Assembly (NCBI GenBank): GCA_029856155.1
Contig: JAHQWL010000072.1
Coordinates: forward strand, 1-64,000
Direction: 5' to 3'
Origin: Promethearchaeia archaeon
Lineage (GTDB): Archaea; Asgardarchaeota; Lokiarchaeia; Sigyniarchaeales; SOKP01
Length of the DNA: 64,000 nt
A model generated the notes under the pieces. The model was not told the DNA's origin. It did no database searches and was given only the letters and a program-made list of their open reading frames with translations. Within the stretch, counting starts at the first letter, position 1; each line of letters opens with the position of its first letter. Shown in pieces: positions 41,292 through 51,377 of the stretch. Both the position numbers and the translations under genes were made by a program.

Positions 41292-43157
41292 TCAAAGATA
41301 TTGAGAAACCCAATCTATATCTAATTCTTCTAATTTTGATTTTGTTGGGATTCCATCCTCATCCCAGCCCATCATCTTATAATAATTAATTATCGCATTT
41401 TTAAGCTCATCTGGTTTAATTGCTGTTTCTACGAGGGCTCCTGATGTATGAGGTTTGAAAAATCTTTCAGGTAACCAATCATCCTTTTTTGTAAGCCCTT
41501 CTCTCATATTAAAAACTCTTGCCATCGTTGTAATCCTCTCTCCTACTTTCATTAATTCCCAAGTTGAAGTATGCCATCCAGTCACAGCTCTTACAATTTC
41601 AGGTATATCCACATAATCCCACGGTACGAAATAGCACATTAATAAAGCATTCAACGAGTTCTGCCAATTAGTATAATAAACCAATGCTCGAACCTTCTTT
41701 ATTCCTAAATCATCGATCTTGAGAGGCTCTAAAATCCCAATAGCACTATGAGAAGCCATCGCTCTTTCACTAGCAATTGATGTATCATGCAAATTTGCCA
41801 TATGTTCTGCTCCTGTAGGTGAAACTGTATAACCAACCCCTAATCCCTGCTTTAATCGAGGTTCATGCATTGGAATCTCTTGTCCTTTAACATGCATAGC
41901 ATACTTATCTGCTCCATTTTTTATCTTTTCAGCAGCTCTTTTAACACCTTCTGCTAAAATATCCCCTAAACCTTCACGTTTCGCAATCATTTCAACCATC
42001 TTAACTACGGCTTCAGCGTTTCCAAAATTTAATTTTATTCCATTTGTATCCTCATCTGTTAAGATTCCATTCTCATAACATTCTATCGCAAACCCAATTG
42101 AAACACCAGTAGATATGACATCTAAAGAATATTTATTACAAAGTTCATTTGCTTTACACACAGCTTTTAAATCATCTACTCCACAATTTGAACCAAACGC
42201 ACCAATTGACTCATATTCCGGACCCCCATATATTGGATTTACATTCCATGGTTCTCCAATTTCTACTACTTTTTTACAACGAATTGAACAAGCATAACAC
42301 GCTTCCATTTTAAGACCAATTTCTTCTTTCATTATCCCAGGATCTAAAGCTTCTGCACCCTTAAAATCACCATCTCTAAAATTACGTGTTGGAAGATTGC
42401 CAGATGCCGCAAATGCTTTCATTATACCATATCCTGTGCCATACTTAAAATAACCCGAAACGGCTTTATAAGCAACTTCGTTAAATTCTTTTATTTTCGC
42501 TCTTAATTTTTCTTTATTACTAACCTCTAGTCTTTTATGACCTCTAACAGCAATAGCTTTTAAATTCTTGGATCCCATGACAGCACCCATCCCAGTACGA
42601 CCAGCAGCATTTCTTAAATCATTTATAATACAAGCATAACGTACTAAATGTTCTCCTCCCGGTCCAATTTGGGCTACTCGGATAAATTTATCTCCCAGCT
42701 CTTTTTTAATTATTGCCTCCGCTTCCCCTGTGACCTTGCCCCAAAGATGACTCGCATCCTTTATTTCTGCTTTACCATCATTTATCCATAGATAAACAGG
42801 ATTTTTAGCTTTTCCTTCTATTATTATCGCATCTAATCCTGCATGCTTTAACTCGGCACCCCAATGCCCACCAACTTCAGCTTCACCAAAACCCCCCGTT
42901 AAAGGGGATTTAGCACCAACACTATTTCTCCCCGTCCCAGGTATCGCAAACCCAGTTAATGGACCTGTAGCAAATATTAATTTATTTTCTGGACTTAATG
43001 GGTCAATACCTACTTTTAATTCCTTTAAGAGGTAATAGGCTACAAAACCCTCACCTCCAATATATCGACGGTAGAAAATTTCCTCAGGATTTTCTATTAA
43101 GGTCTTCCCATTTGTTAAATTTACTCTAAGAATATTTCCAGTATATCCATTTACCAT
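41292..43157 (-). CDS. aldehyde:ferredoxin oxidoreductase (W-AOR family)
   Basis: GYTGNILRVNL, KSPLTGG, AAGRTGMGAVMGSKNLKAIAVRG, CYACSIRC, GPEYE. Confidence 0.95.
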   Translation of the reverse strand: MVNGYTGNILRVNLTNGKTLIENPEEIFYRRYIGGEGFVAYYLLKELKVGIDPLSPENKLIFATGPLTGFAIPGTGRNSVGAKSPLTGGFGEAEVGGHWGAELKHAGLDAIIIEGKAKNPVYLWINDGKAEIKDASHLWGKVTGEAEAIIKKELGDKFIRVAQIGPGGEHLVRYACIINDLRNAAGRTGMGAVMGSKNLKAIAVRGHKRLEVSNKEKLRAKIKEFNEVAYKAVSGYFKYGTGYGIMKAFAASGNLPTRNFRDGDFKGAEALDPGIMKEEIGLKMEACYACSIRCKKVVEIGEPWNVNPIYGGPEYESIGAFGSNCGVDDLKAVCKANELCNKYSLDVISTGVSIGFAIECYENGILTDEDTNGIKLNFGNAEAVVKMVEMIAKREGLGDILAEGVKRAAEKIKNGADKYAMHVKGQEIPMHEPRLKQGLGVGYTVSPTGAEHMANLHDTSIASERAMASHSAIGILEPLKIDDLGIKKVRALVYYTNWQNSLNALLMCYFVPWDYVDIPEIVRAVTGWHTSTWELMKVGERITTMARVFNMREGLTKKDDWLPERFFKPHTSGALVETAIKPDELKNAIINYYKMMGWDEDGIPTKSKLEELDIDWVSQYL

Positions 43158-43317
43158 ATGAATCCCCTATTTTTTAAATAATTTTAATTGTTATTTAGTT
43201 AAATTTCATGTCATTTATATTTCTTATCTGAATCATATCTCTGTTTTCCAAATAATGTTTAAAATGATATTGGGTAATTTTCCAACGATTGAATAAAAAA
43301 TTATAAACTCAATAACT

Positions 43318-43391
43318 TTCCCACCAAGACTTTTTGGATTACTTTCCTCAAAAACACTTCCGAATTTTGTGGCAATCACAACATCATCCCT
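43318..43391 (-). pseudogene. short aldo/keto-reductase fragment
   Basis: Minus strand reads RDDVVIATKFGSVFEE, typical of the AKR catalytic-Lys strand, with no complete ORF. Confidence 0.45.
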
Positions 43392-43692
43392 ATATTGACC
43401 GTATACAAATATATGTTTTCCTTTTTATTTACATAGACCATAATTTATAATTTAATCGAATAAAAACAGTTTATAATCAGATGAAAATATTCGAACTCTT
43501 AAGTAATAATTATCAATCTAAGGATCGATATTTTATGATTACTATACTTATTAAAACACGATAATTTAGCTGAAATATAGTAAAAAATATAAACTCAACA
43601 ACATTTACAATTAACATCTAATAAAAATAATTTTATTTGATAATTAAAAATTAGAAAATTTTATTCAAAATAAATTAAAGAAATTGATGAAA

Positions 43693-44991
43693 ATGGCCGA
43701 TAAGGAACATTTAAATCTCGTAATAATAGGGCATATAGACCACGGAAAATCTACTATGATGGGAGCGATGCTCATTGAGACAGGAGCAGTAACCGATAGA
43801 GAAGCTCGTGAATTGGACAAACTCGCAAAAGAATACGACCGAGATTCATGGTCATACGCTTTTGTTTTTGACAGATTAAAAGAGGAGAGACAGCGAGGCA
43901 TTACAATTGACTTAGCATTTAGAAAATTTGAAACTAAATCAAAATACTTCACAATCATCGACGCACCAGGCCACGCAGATTTTGTCAAGAACATGATAAC
44001 TGGCGCGAGCCAAGCTGATGCTGCCATTTTAGTTGTTTCTGGCAAGAAAGGTGAAATGGAAGTTGGGATCGCCGCTAATGGACAAACTCGTGAACATGCT
44101 TATTTAGCTCAAACTTTAGGCGTAAAACAACTAGTTGTAGCTATCAATAAAGCTGATGTTTATGAGTATTCTGAGGCAAGATTTAATGAATGTAAGGAAT
44201 CAGTTGGAGATCTTCTAAAAAACATCGGTTTTAAGCTCAAAGATGTACCTTTTGTCCCTACTTCTGGCATGCAAATGGAAAATCTTTCAAAGAAAAGCGA
44301 TAAAATGCCATGGTATAATGGTCCAACCTTGATTGAAGCTATTGATCAATTCGTCCTTCCAGAAAAACCAACTGGTAAGCCTTTGAGATTACCTATCCAA
44401 GATTGCTATAAAATTAAGGGAACTGGTGTAGTCCCTGTTGGTCGAGTAGAGACTGGAATTTTAAAGAAAAATGATAAAATTATTATCATGCCATCTGGAT
44501 TTCAAGGTGAAATCCGAAGTATCGAAATGCATCATGAAGAAATTCCACAAGCTATCCCTGGAGATAACATAGGATTTAGTATTAGGGGTATTACAATGGC
44601 AGATGCAAGCAGAGGAGATTGTTTAGGACATCCTAAAGATCCACCAACTGTAATTACTCCAAAAGGAAAATGGACAGGACAAATCATTGTTATTTGGCAT
44701 CCTACAGCAATAGCACAAGGTTATACTCCGGTAATTCATGCACATACAGCACAAGTAGCTGCAAAGTTTTCGAGTTTACTTAAAAAATTAGACCAAAAGA
44801 CAGGTGCCGTGATTGAGGATAATCCTAAGTTTCTCAAGAAAAATGAATCGGCAATTGTTGAACTCACTCCAATCAAAAAAATGTGTCTTGAAAAATATGA
44901 GGCATTCCCTGAAATGGGCCGATTCGCAGTACGCGATATGGGTAGAACTGTTTGTGTAGGGATCGTAAAGGATATAGTTACAGGCGCATAA
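43693..44991 (+). CDS. tuf: translation elongation factor aEF-1A
   Basis: GHIDHGKST, RGITID, DAPGH, NKAD, GRFAVRDMG. Confidence 0.99.
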   Translation: MADKEHLNLVIIGHIDHGKSTMMGAMLIETGAVTDREARELDKLAKEYDRDSWSYAFVFDRLKEERQRGITIDLAFRKFETKSKYFTIIDAPGHADFVKNMITGASQADAAILVVSGKKGEMEVGIAANGQTREHAYLAQTLGVKQLVVAINKADVYEYSEARFNECKESVGDLLKNIGFKLKDVPFVPTSGMQMENLSKKSDKMPWYNGPTLIEAIDQFVLPEKPTGKPLRLPIQDCYKIKGTGVVPVGRVETGILKKNDKIIIMPSGFQGEIRSIEMHHEEIPQAIPGDNIGFSIRGITMADASRGDCLGHPKDPPTVITPKGKWTGQIIVIWHPTAIAQGYTPVIHAHTAQVAAKFSSLLKKLDQKTGAVIEDNPKFLKKNESAIVELTPIKKMCLEKYEAFPEMGRFAVRDMGRTVCVGIVKDIVTGA

Positions 44992-45201
44992 TACGCATAT
45001 ATTTTTGATTTTTTTTTCAATATAATTTATATCTTTATTTGTTTTTTTAAATACTCTATTTTTATTTAGAATCAATTTAGTTCAAAACTAAAATTTCTAT
45101 ATATTCTCATAGGATATTCCCATGATACACGAATAATATTTTCTTTTTTGAAGCTTAATTTGCCTTTTCTACTTAAGAAGGTTCTATTTAGAAAAGGTTG
45201 A

Positions 45202-45681
45202 TTTAAAGTTCTTTCGACTAAAACAAAAATTTGTGTATTAGGGTTGAGCAGTGTTGGAAAATCATCACTCTTAAGCTTACTTCAAGGTCGTGAAATAGCG
45301 AAAGGTGCAAATCCAACAGTAGGATTAGAAATCGAGGATTCAATTCTTAATGGGAAAAAGGTTAATATATGGGATTTTGGAGGACAGGAACGGTTTAGAT
45401 TCATGTGGGAGGACTTTCTAAGAGGAACGGGCTTGACTGTTTTAGTATGTGATTCTACAGAAGATAACATAACAAAAACAAAAGAAATTTACAAAAAATT
45501 TTCACGCTATATGAATACTAAAATTATTGCTATAGCAAATAAACAAGATCTTCCTTCTGCCTTAAGTGCAAAGAAAGTTCAAAAGAAGTTAGGTATTCAA
45601 ACATATGGAATGTCTGCGATAAGGCCAGATTTACGGGATAGAATTCGTGAAATTTTAGAGTATGAAATTGAAACCGAGTAA
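45202..45681 (+). CDS. small Ras-superfamily (Arf/Rab-like) GTPase; start non-canonical or uncertain
   Basis: KICVLGLSSVGKSS P-loop, PTVG, WDFGGQERF, NKQD, SA; track start TTG 45244 lies inside the P-loop; open frame begins 45202 after TGA. Confidence 0.85.
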   Translation, partial: FKVLSTKTKICVLGLSSVGKSSLLSLLQGREIAKGANPTVGLEIEDSILNGKKVNIWDFGGQERFRFMWEDFLRGTGLTVLVCDSTEDNITKTKEIYKKFSRYMNTKIIAIANKQDLPSALSAKKVQKKLGIQTYGMSAIRPDLRDRIREILEYEIETE

Positions 45682-45697
45682 AAAAGGATTTAAAATA

Positions 45698-46258
45698 TTA
45701 AAATAATTTTCCAATTAAATGTGCTAATCTTACAGATTCCGGTAATTTGGAATCTATACAGATTTTTTTTAAGAGAGATTGAACTTCTTTAATTTCAATT
45801 CCTTTACAATGGAAATATAATTTTGACATTCCCCCTGCGGTATCAATTTCTGTTTCATATAAATTTCCCGCACTGAGAATATTTTTCAGTTTATTTTTAT
45901 ATGTATTTGGGAATTTATTAATAAGAGCTTTCTTTACAGAGTCAAAATCTACTTCTCTTTCTGTTATAGCAATAATAGGTTTATGGATTTCTGAATATAT
46001 TTTATCTAAATTTACTAAATTAAACCCCCCAAAAGTTATTGAATGAGTAAGAACATATTGTACTTGCTTTTCGTTTTCTTTGACTAATTTTATTAATTTT
46101 TCAGTAGCATCCTCACCATCTATCATGATTTTATCTCGAGTAACACCTACCATTCTTGTTCCTTGACATATAACCCCAATTAGTTGGGTATGCTTTATCT
46201 CTGAGTGTAGTTCAAAAGCTGCATCATCGAATCCAATTGTTATGGGGTTATCTTTCAT
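45698..46258 (-). CDS. DUF99 family (endonuclease V-like) protein
   Basis: IGFDD, IDGEDAT, ITFGGFN, LPESVRLAHLI. Confidence 0.85.
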   Translation of the reverse strand: MKDNPITIGFDDAAFELHSEIKHTQLIGVICQGTRMVGVTRDKIMIDGEDATEKLIKLVKENEKQVQYVLTHSITFGGFNLVNLDKIYSEIHKPIIAITEREVDFDSVKKALINKFPNTYKNKLKNILSAGNLYETEIDTAGGMSKLYFHCKGIEIKEVQSLLKKICIDSKLPESVRLAHLIGKLF

Positions 46259-46262
46259 CTTT

Positions 46263-46715
46263 TTATTTTTCTGGTAAAAATTCTTTAATATAATTTAAAA
46301 GATTAGTAAATGCGATAGTTGCACTTTTAATTTCTTCGTTTCTATTATATAGATCCCCAGAAAGATTATCTGCTAAAAAATTAGCCAACTCCTTTAAAGT
46401 CATTTTGTTACTAAACCACACATAAGCTACTAGCGCTTCAACTGTATCCGCAAGATCATGAGCATCAGCTCTAGTTTTTGCGAAATTTTTCATATTTGCT
46501 TTTTTTAAAGCTGTTTCTAAGACAGTTTTACTTACTTTTTTTCCTGTTCTAATAATTTTTTCATTAGGATTATTTTTCGTTAAAAAAATAGATTTTGCAA
46601 CGGAATAAGCTAAGTTTACAATAGCATCTCCAATTTTAGCTAAACCTTTATCGGTTCCGATAATTTTTTGCGATTTATTAAGAATTAAATCTGAAATTAA
46701 AAACTCGTAATCCAT
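46263..46715 (-). CDS. archaeal RNase III-like domain protein
   Basis: DKGLAKIGDAIVN ... LADTVEALVAY. Confidence 0.75.
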   Translation of the reverse strand: MDYEFLISDLILNKSQKIIGTDKGLAKIGDAIVNLAYSVAKSIFLTKNNPNEKIIRTGKKVSKTVLETALKKANMKNFAKTRADAHDLADTVEALVAYVWFSNKMTLKELANFLADNLSGDLYNRNEEIKSATIAFTNLLNYIKEFLPEK

Positions 46716-46772
46716 TAAGATAAATATGAATTAAGACTTCTTTAAAGTTTTCATAAAAAAGAGAATAATGCC

Positions 46773-47267
46773 TTAGGTTAGTTTTTTGAATAATTTTTGA
46801 ACTTTGACTACTTCTTCTCTTAATAATTCAATTCCTTTATGTAAAACATCTTTAATTTGGTAATTTTTTTCAAGACGGATGTATATAGTTGCGGGTTCTA
46901 ATTTAGTATATTTATATGCCGCTATATTAACTCCCTCGATATTTAATAAATGCTTTACAAGTATATTGCATAATCCATGTGATTGTCCTTCAATAAATAA
47001 TTCATAATCATTTATACCTCGCCCTTTTTTTATTTTGATATTGAGATATTTATAGTCAGGAAATCTAGCTTCTTCTTCAAGTTCAAACTCAAATTCTTCC
47101 TCTTCTATAGGTTCTTCAAGCGACATGGGTTTTGTTTCCGTTTCATTTTTTTCTTTTAATTTAGGATAAATGCTCTCAATTTCATCATCTTCTAAAAATT
47201 CATCCCCAAAATCATCGATTTCATCTTCATCTGTTTCTTCTTTTTTGACCGCTTTTTTTTTTCCCAT
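46773..47267 (-). CDS. rpoL: RNA polymerase subunit L (Rpo11) with acidic N-terminal extension
   Basis: IEGQSHGLCNIL..L...EGV..AAYK; Csl4-X-RpoL context. Confidence 0.8.
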   Translation of the reverse strand: MGKKKAVKKEETDEDEIDDFGDEFLEDDEIESIYPKLKEKNETETKPMSLEEPIEEEEFEFELEEEARFPDYKYLNIKIKKGRGINDYELFIEGQSHGLCNILVKHLLNIEGVNIAAYKYTKLEPATIYIRLEKNYQIKDVLHKGIELLREEVVKVQKLFKKLT

Positions 47268-47362
47268 TCTTATTACTCCTACTGCTAAGGATTTGATAAC
47301 CTTAATAAAGAATATATAAAATATAATAAATTTTTTATGGTTTTATAAAAAAAACTGATTTC

Positions 47363-47581
47363 TTACAAATATTGATTTGCTAAATCTTTTAATCTTTCAG
47401 ACGCTAATTGTTGAAGGTCTCTTGAGCCGAAAAGGGTGACTTTTATGTTTTTTCCTTCAACAGAGACATTTAAATTAAGATAATTCACTTTTTTCTGAAT
47501 ATTTTCAAGAAATTGAACTACATTTTCCAGTGAACCACTATTATTATAGAAATGAATTACTTTTTTCCCGACTTTTCTCAC
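47363..47581 (-). CDS. small hypothetical protein (possibly related to the DUF2067 N-terminus)
   Basis: 72 aa alpha/beta ORF between csl4 and rpoL, where DUF2067 often sits. Confidence 0.6.
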   Translation of the reverse strand: MRKVGKKVIHFYNNSGSLENVVQFLENIQKKVNYLNLNVSVEGKNIKVTLFGSRDLQQLASERLKDLANQYL

Positions 47582-47620
47582 TAATACACACTTAAATTTG
47601 TCTAAAAATAAAAAATACTT

Positions 47621-48232
47621 TTAAAATCTTAGATTATTACTTACATTTCCATAATCATTAGCGAGTTTTCTGCTCTCTACGTTTCCACACCGTTCACACT
47701 TTAATTTATTATATCCTATTTTTATAAGGGGATTTCCACAGATTACACAATCTGCATAAATGACACCAAGATTTTTCCCAGTGGTGCTTAATTTATATTC
47801 ATTATACTCTTGTTCTACAACACGAGCGCGAACGATGTCTGTTATCTGAAAAGCATCATGTATCTTTTCAACATACTTATCTGAAATCTGTGATACATGG
47901 ATGTTTCCAAAATAATTTGAATTAAAATGTATTTTTTTATTTATTGTATAAAAACTAATCCCGACTGAATACAGACGTAAAAAAAGAATAGCTCCTATAA
48001 CAGTATCTCCAATTTTAACAACTTTACGATCTTTTTCTTGATGAGTGCTTATTTCAATTTTCCTTTCTTTATTATTGACAGTAATCATACCCGTTTTGGT
48101 TGCAAAAATTTTTCCGTCTTTAACAAATGTAGATTGTTTATCAGGGAGGAATTCCTCCACTACTCCGAGATATTGACCAGTCAAGACAATATCTTCATCA
48201 TCTAAAGACTTTTTACTCAATAATATCAACAA
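47621..48232 (-). CDS. csl4: exosome RNA-binding protein Csl4
   Basis: GQYLGVVEEF, IHVSQI, DIVRARV, LGVIYADC..CG...CERCGNVESRKLA. Confidence 0.93.
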   Translation of the reverse strand: MLILLSKKSLDDEDIVLTGQYLGVVEEFLPDKQSTFVKDGKIFATKTGMITVNNKERKIEISTHQEKDRKVVKIGDTVIGAILFLRLYSVGISFYTINKKIHFNSNYFGNIHVSQISDKYVEKIHDAFQITDIVRARVVEQEYNEYKLSTTGKNLGVIYADCVICGNPLIKIGYNKLKCERCGNVESRKLANDYGNVSNNLRF

Positions 48233-48334
48233 TAGTTTTTTAATTTCTCAAACTCTTTCTAACTTAAATATATATTATTAAATAAGATAAATAAATTTAA
48301 TGTATTAATTTTAAAAGAGTAAACATTTTTTCGG

Positions 48335-48979
48335 ATGAAATTTAGCAAAAAAAATTTGGTTTCTGTAATTCAAAACACCGAATCATATAGTAATCCTATA
48401 ATTGAATTAGAACAATACTGTATCGATGCATCTAGTGCAGTGGACATTATTTATTACGCAGGGTTTGAATATAATGATATCAAGAATGCATTTATTATTG
48501 ATTTAGGTGCCGGAACAGGAAGATTATCCATTGCAAGTGCTTTTTTCAATGCTAATTATGTTCTAAGTGTTGATATTGATATAAACGCGTTAAAAATCTT
48601 GAAAAGAAATGTTCTTACTCTAGATTTGAATCAGGTAATTTTTCCTATATGTGCTGATATTGAATATTTCGAAATTTCACACAAAAACATACCTACGAGT
48701 ATGAAAGTAACAACAATAATGAATCCTCCATTTGGAGTACAAACTAAATATGCAGATAGAATTTTTTTAGATAGAGCCTTTAATTTTTCAGATATTGTAT
48801 ATTCCATTCATCTAGCAAATGAGAAAACTCAAAATTTTATTTCAAACTACATTAAGAAACACAATTGGAAAATAGATAATATAATCCCCTTTAGTATGGT
48901 TCTAGAAAGAAATTTTCCTTTTCATACTCAAAAGACTAAAAAAATCAATGTTCACGTGTATAGATTTATTAAAAAATAA
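48335..48979 (+). CDS. METTL5-like N6-adenine RNA methyltransferase
   Basis: LEQY, DLGAGTGRL, MNPPFG, VYSIH. Confidence 0.9.
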   Translation: MKFSKKNLVSVIQNTESYSNPIIELEQYCIDASSAVDIIYYAGFEYNDIKNAFIIDLGAGTGRLSIASAFFNANYVLSVDIDINALKILKRNVLTLDLNQVIFPICADIEYFEISHKNIPTSMKVTTIMNPPFGVQTKYADRIFLDRAFNFSDIVYSIHLANEKTQNFISNYIKKHNWKIDNIIPFSMVLERNFPFHTQKTKKINVHVYRFIKK

Positions 48980-49001
48980 TAAAAGAAATTGAAAATTAGA
49001 A

Positions 49002-50306
49002 TTAGATATAATTTTTCCACGAATCAAAATTTTCTGGATATTTTGCATTTTCCCCTAGCACTTCTTCTATTCTTAGAAGTTGATTAAATTTAGCACAACG
49101 ATCACTTCTACATGTAGCACCAGTCTTCAGTTGACCTGTACATAATCCAACAGCTAAATCTGCGATAAATGTGTCTTCAGTTTCACCAGAACGATGTGAA
49201 ACCATAACATTAAACCCATTATCAAAAGACATTTTAGCAGCTTTAATAGCTTCAGTCAAAGAGCCGATTTGATTCACCTTTAGTAATAAAGCATTTCCTG
49301 CTTTTTCCTTTATAGCTTTTTCAAGAATTTTAATATTTGTTACTGTTATATCATCATCAACAATTTGAATAGATTTATCGATTTTAGCAGTTAAATTGGA
49401 GAAGTTCCTAAAATCTTTTTCATCAAAAGGATCCTCAATTGACTTGAAAGGATATTCATGGATTAGATCCATATAATACTCTAGTAATTCTTCTTCAGAG
49501 AGTCTTTTACCGTCAATATTGTAAGACTCTTCATCAAAAAATTCACTCGCAGCGGCATCCATACCCAATACAAAATCAGTACCTATTAGAAATCCCGCAG
49601 TTTCAATTGCTTCAATTATTATATCCACTGCTTCAGAGGTTAAAGATAAATTTGGAGCAAATCCTCCCTCATCACCTACATTAATCGCAGAAGGACCATA
49701 CTTTTTTCCTAATAATCTTTTTAGTGTTTGATATACTTCAGCAACATTTTGTATTGCTTGGGAAAAAGAGGTTGCCCCTACAGGTAAAACCATAAACTCT
49801 TGAATCGATAAATTATTTCCTGCGTGCTCCCCTCCATTTATAATGTTACAGCATGGAAGAGGTAGTAAATAATCGTCTCTTGATTTTTTATGTGCTAAAT
49901 TATAGAGGTGTTCAAACAAGGGTATCTCAGATAATTGAGAAGCTAATTTTGCTACAGCCAATGAAACAGATAAAATTGCATTAGCCCCTAAATTGCTTTT
50001 ATTTTCTGTTCCATCGATAGAAATCATTTCTTCATCTATTTTTGTCTGTTCTCTCACATCAAATCCTAATAATTTTTTTCCCAATATTTCGTTTACATTA
50101 GCTACAGCTTTTAATACATGTTTTCCCATGAATGCTTTTCCACCATCTCGTAGTTCAAGGGCCTCTAAAACACCTGTTGATGCGCCAGAAGGAACCGCTG
50201 CTCTGGAGAAGCTTTTTCCCGCAAATACATCAGATTCAACAGTAGGGTTTCCTCTTGAATCTAAAATCCATCTAGATTTTATTTTGGTAATTTTAAAATC
50301 AGTCAT
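49002..50306 (-). CDS. eno: enolase
   Basis: DSRGNPT, PSGASTG, GDEGGFAP, KVNQIG, SHRSGET. Confidence 0.98.
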   Translation of the reverse strand: MTDFKITKIKSRWILDSRGNPTVESDVFAGKSFSRAAVPSGASTGVLEALELRDGGKAFMGKHVLKAVANVNEILGKKLLGFDVREQTKIDEEMISIDGTENKSNLGANAILSVSLAVAKLASQLSEIPLFEHLYNLAHKKSRDDYLLPLPCCNIINGGEHAGNNLSIQEFMVLPVGATSFSQAIQNVAEVYQTLKRLLGKKYGPSAINVGDEGGFAPNLSLTSEAVDIIIEAIETAGFLIGTDFVLGMDAAASEFFDEESYNIDGKRLSEEELLEYYMDLIHEYPFKSIEDPFDEKDFRNFSNLTAKIDKSIQIVDDDITVTNIKILEKAIKEKAGNALLLKVNQIGSLTEAIKAAKMSFDNGFNVMVSHRSGETEDTFIADLAVGLCTGQLKTGATCRSDRCAKFNQLLRIEEVLGENAKYPENFDSWKNYI

Positions 50307-50405
50307 ATAAATCTTAATCTTTTTTATTAGATATGAATATTAATAAAGAATTAAGAAAATTTAATTCTTAATATAATTATAAAATCTAATTCACACTTTA
50401 AAAAT

Positions 50406-51377
50406 ATGTCCTATGAGAATAGACCTTGGGTAGAGAAATATCGACCAAGGGTATTAGCTGAAGTTGTAAATCAGAAGGGAATTCTAAGACGTTTAAAACA
50501 ATTTGTAAATAATGGATCTATGCCTCATCTCATCTTCGCAGGTCCTGCAGGAACAGGAAAAACAACTTCAGCGTTAGCAATGGTTAGAGAACTATACGGG
50601 CGAAACATGGCGGTTAATAGAACATATTTAGAATTAAATGCTAGTGACGCTAGGGGTATTGATGTTATTCGAACATATATAAAAGATTTTGCAAAAGCGC
50701 GTCCTCCCATGAATGTTCACTTCAAGGTATTGATTTTAGATGAAGCGGATAATATGACGGCACCCGCTCAACAAGCTTTAAGGAGAACCATGGAAAAATA
50801 TACTAAAAACTGTAGAATGATTTTAATTTGCAATTATTCTAATAAAATAATCCCTCCGATTCAATCAAGGTGTGTAGTATTTAGATTTGCTTTTCTAAAT
50901 AATGATGATATAAAAAGTAGAGTAAACTATGTAGCAAAGCAAGAAAATGTTGGTCTATCTCCTGGAGGTTTAAATGCTATAGTAGATGTTTCTCGTGGGG
51001 ATTGTAGAAGAGCGATCAATTATTTACAATCATGTGGCACAATATCTAAAAAAATTGATCAAGAGCTTGTTTTTCGCGTTGCTGGAGAAGTTCCTCCCGA
51101 TAAAATAAAAGATATTTTAAATACAGCAATTAAAGGACAATTGCAATTATCTATCAAGCTTTTAGATGACTTAATCATAGAATATGGTCTTTCTGGGCAA
51201 AACATTATTAAGAATTTGCATCGAGAGATCTATGATCTTAAAATTCCTGAAGAAATTAAAATTGAATTATCGAAATTATTAGCTGAATTTGAATATAGAT
51301 TAAGCCAAGGAGGAACAGAGATAATTCAACTTCAAGCTTTGCTAGCTAAAATTGTCTTGTTGCAAAGTTCTGAATAA
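50406..51377 (+). CDS. rfcS: replication factor C small subunit
   Basis: PWVEKYRP, GPAGTGKT, ELNASD, LDEAD, SRC; no intein. Confidence 0.97.
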   Translation: MSYENRPWVEKYRPRVLAEVVNQKGILRRLKQFVNNGSMPHLIFAGPAGTGKTTSALAMVRELYGRNMAVNRTYLELNASDARGIDVIRTYIKDFAKARPPMNVHFKVLILDEADNMTAPAQQALRRTMEKYTKNCRMILICNYSNKIIPPIQSRCVVFRFAFLNNDDIKSRVNYVAKQENVGLSPGGLNAIVDVSRGDCRRAINYLQSCGTISKKIDQELVFRVAGEVPPDKIKDILNTAIKGQLQLSIKLLDDLIIEYGLSGQNIIKNLHREIYDLKIPEEIKIELSKLLAEFEYRLSQGGTEIIQLQALLAKIVLLQSSE

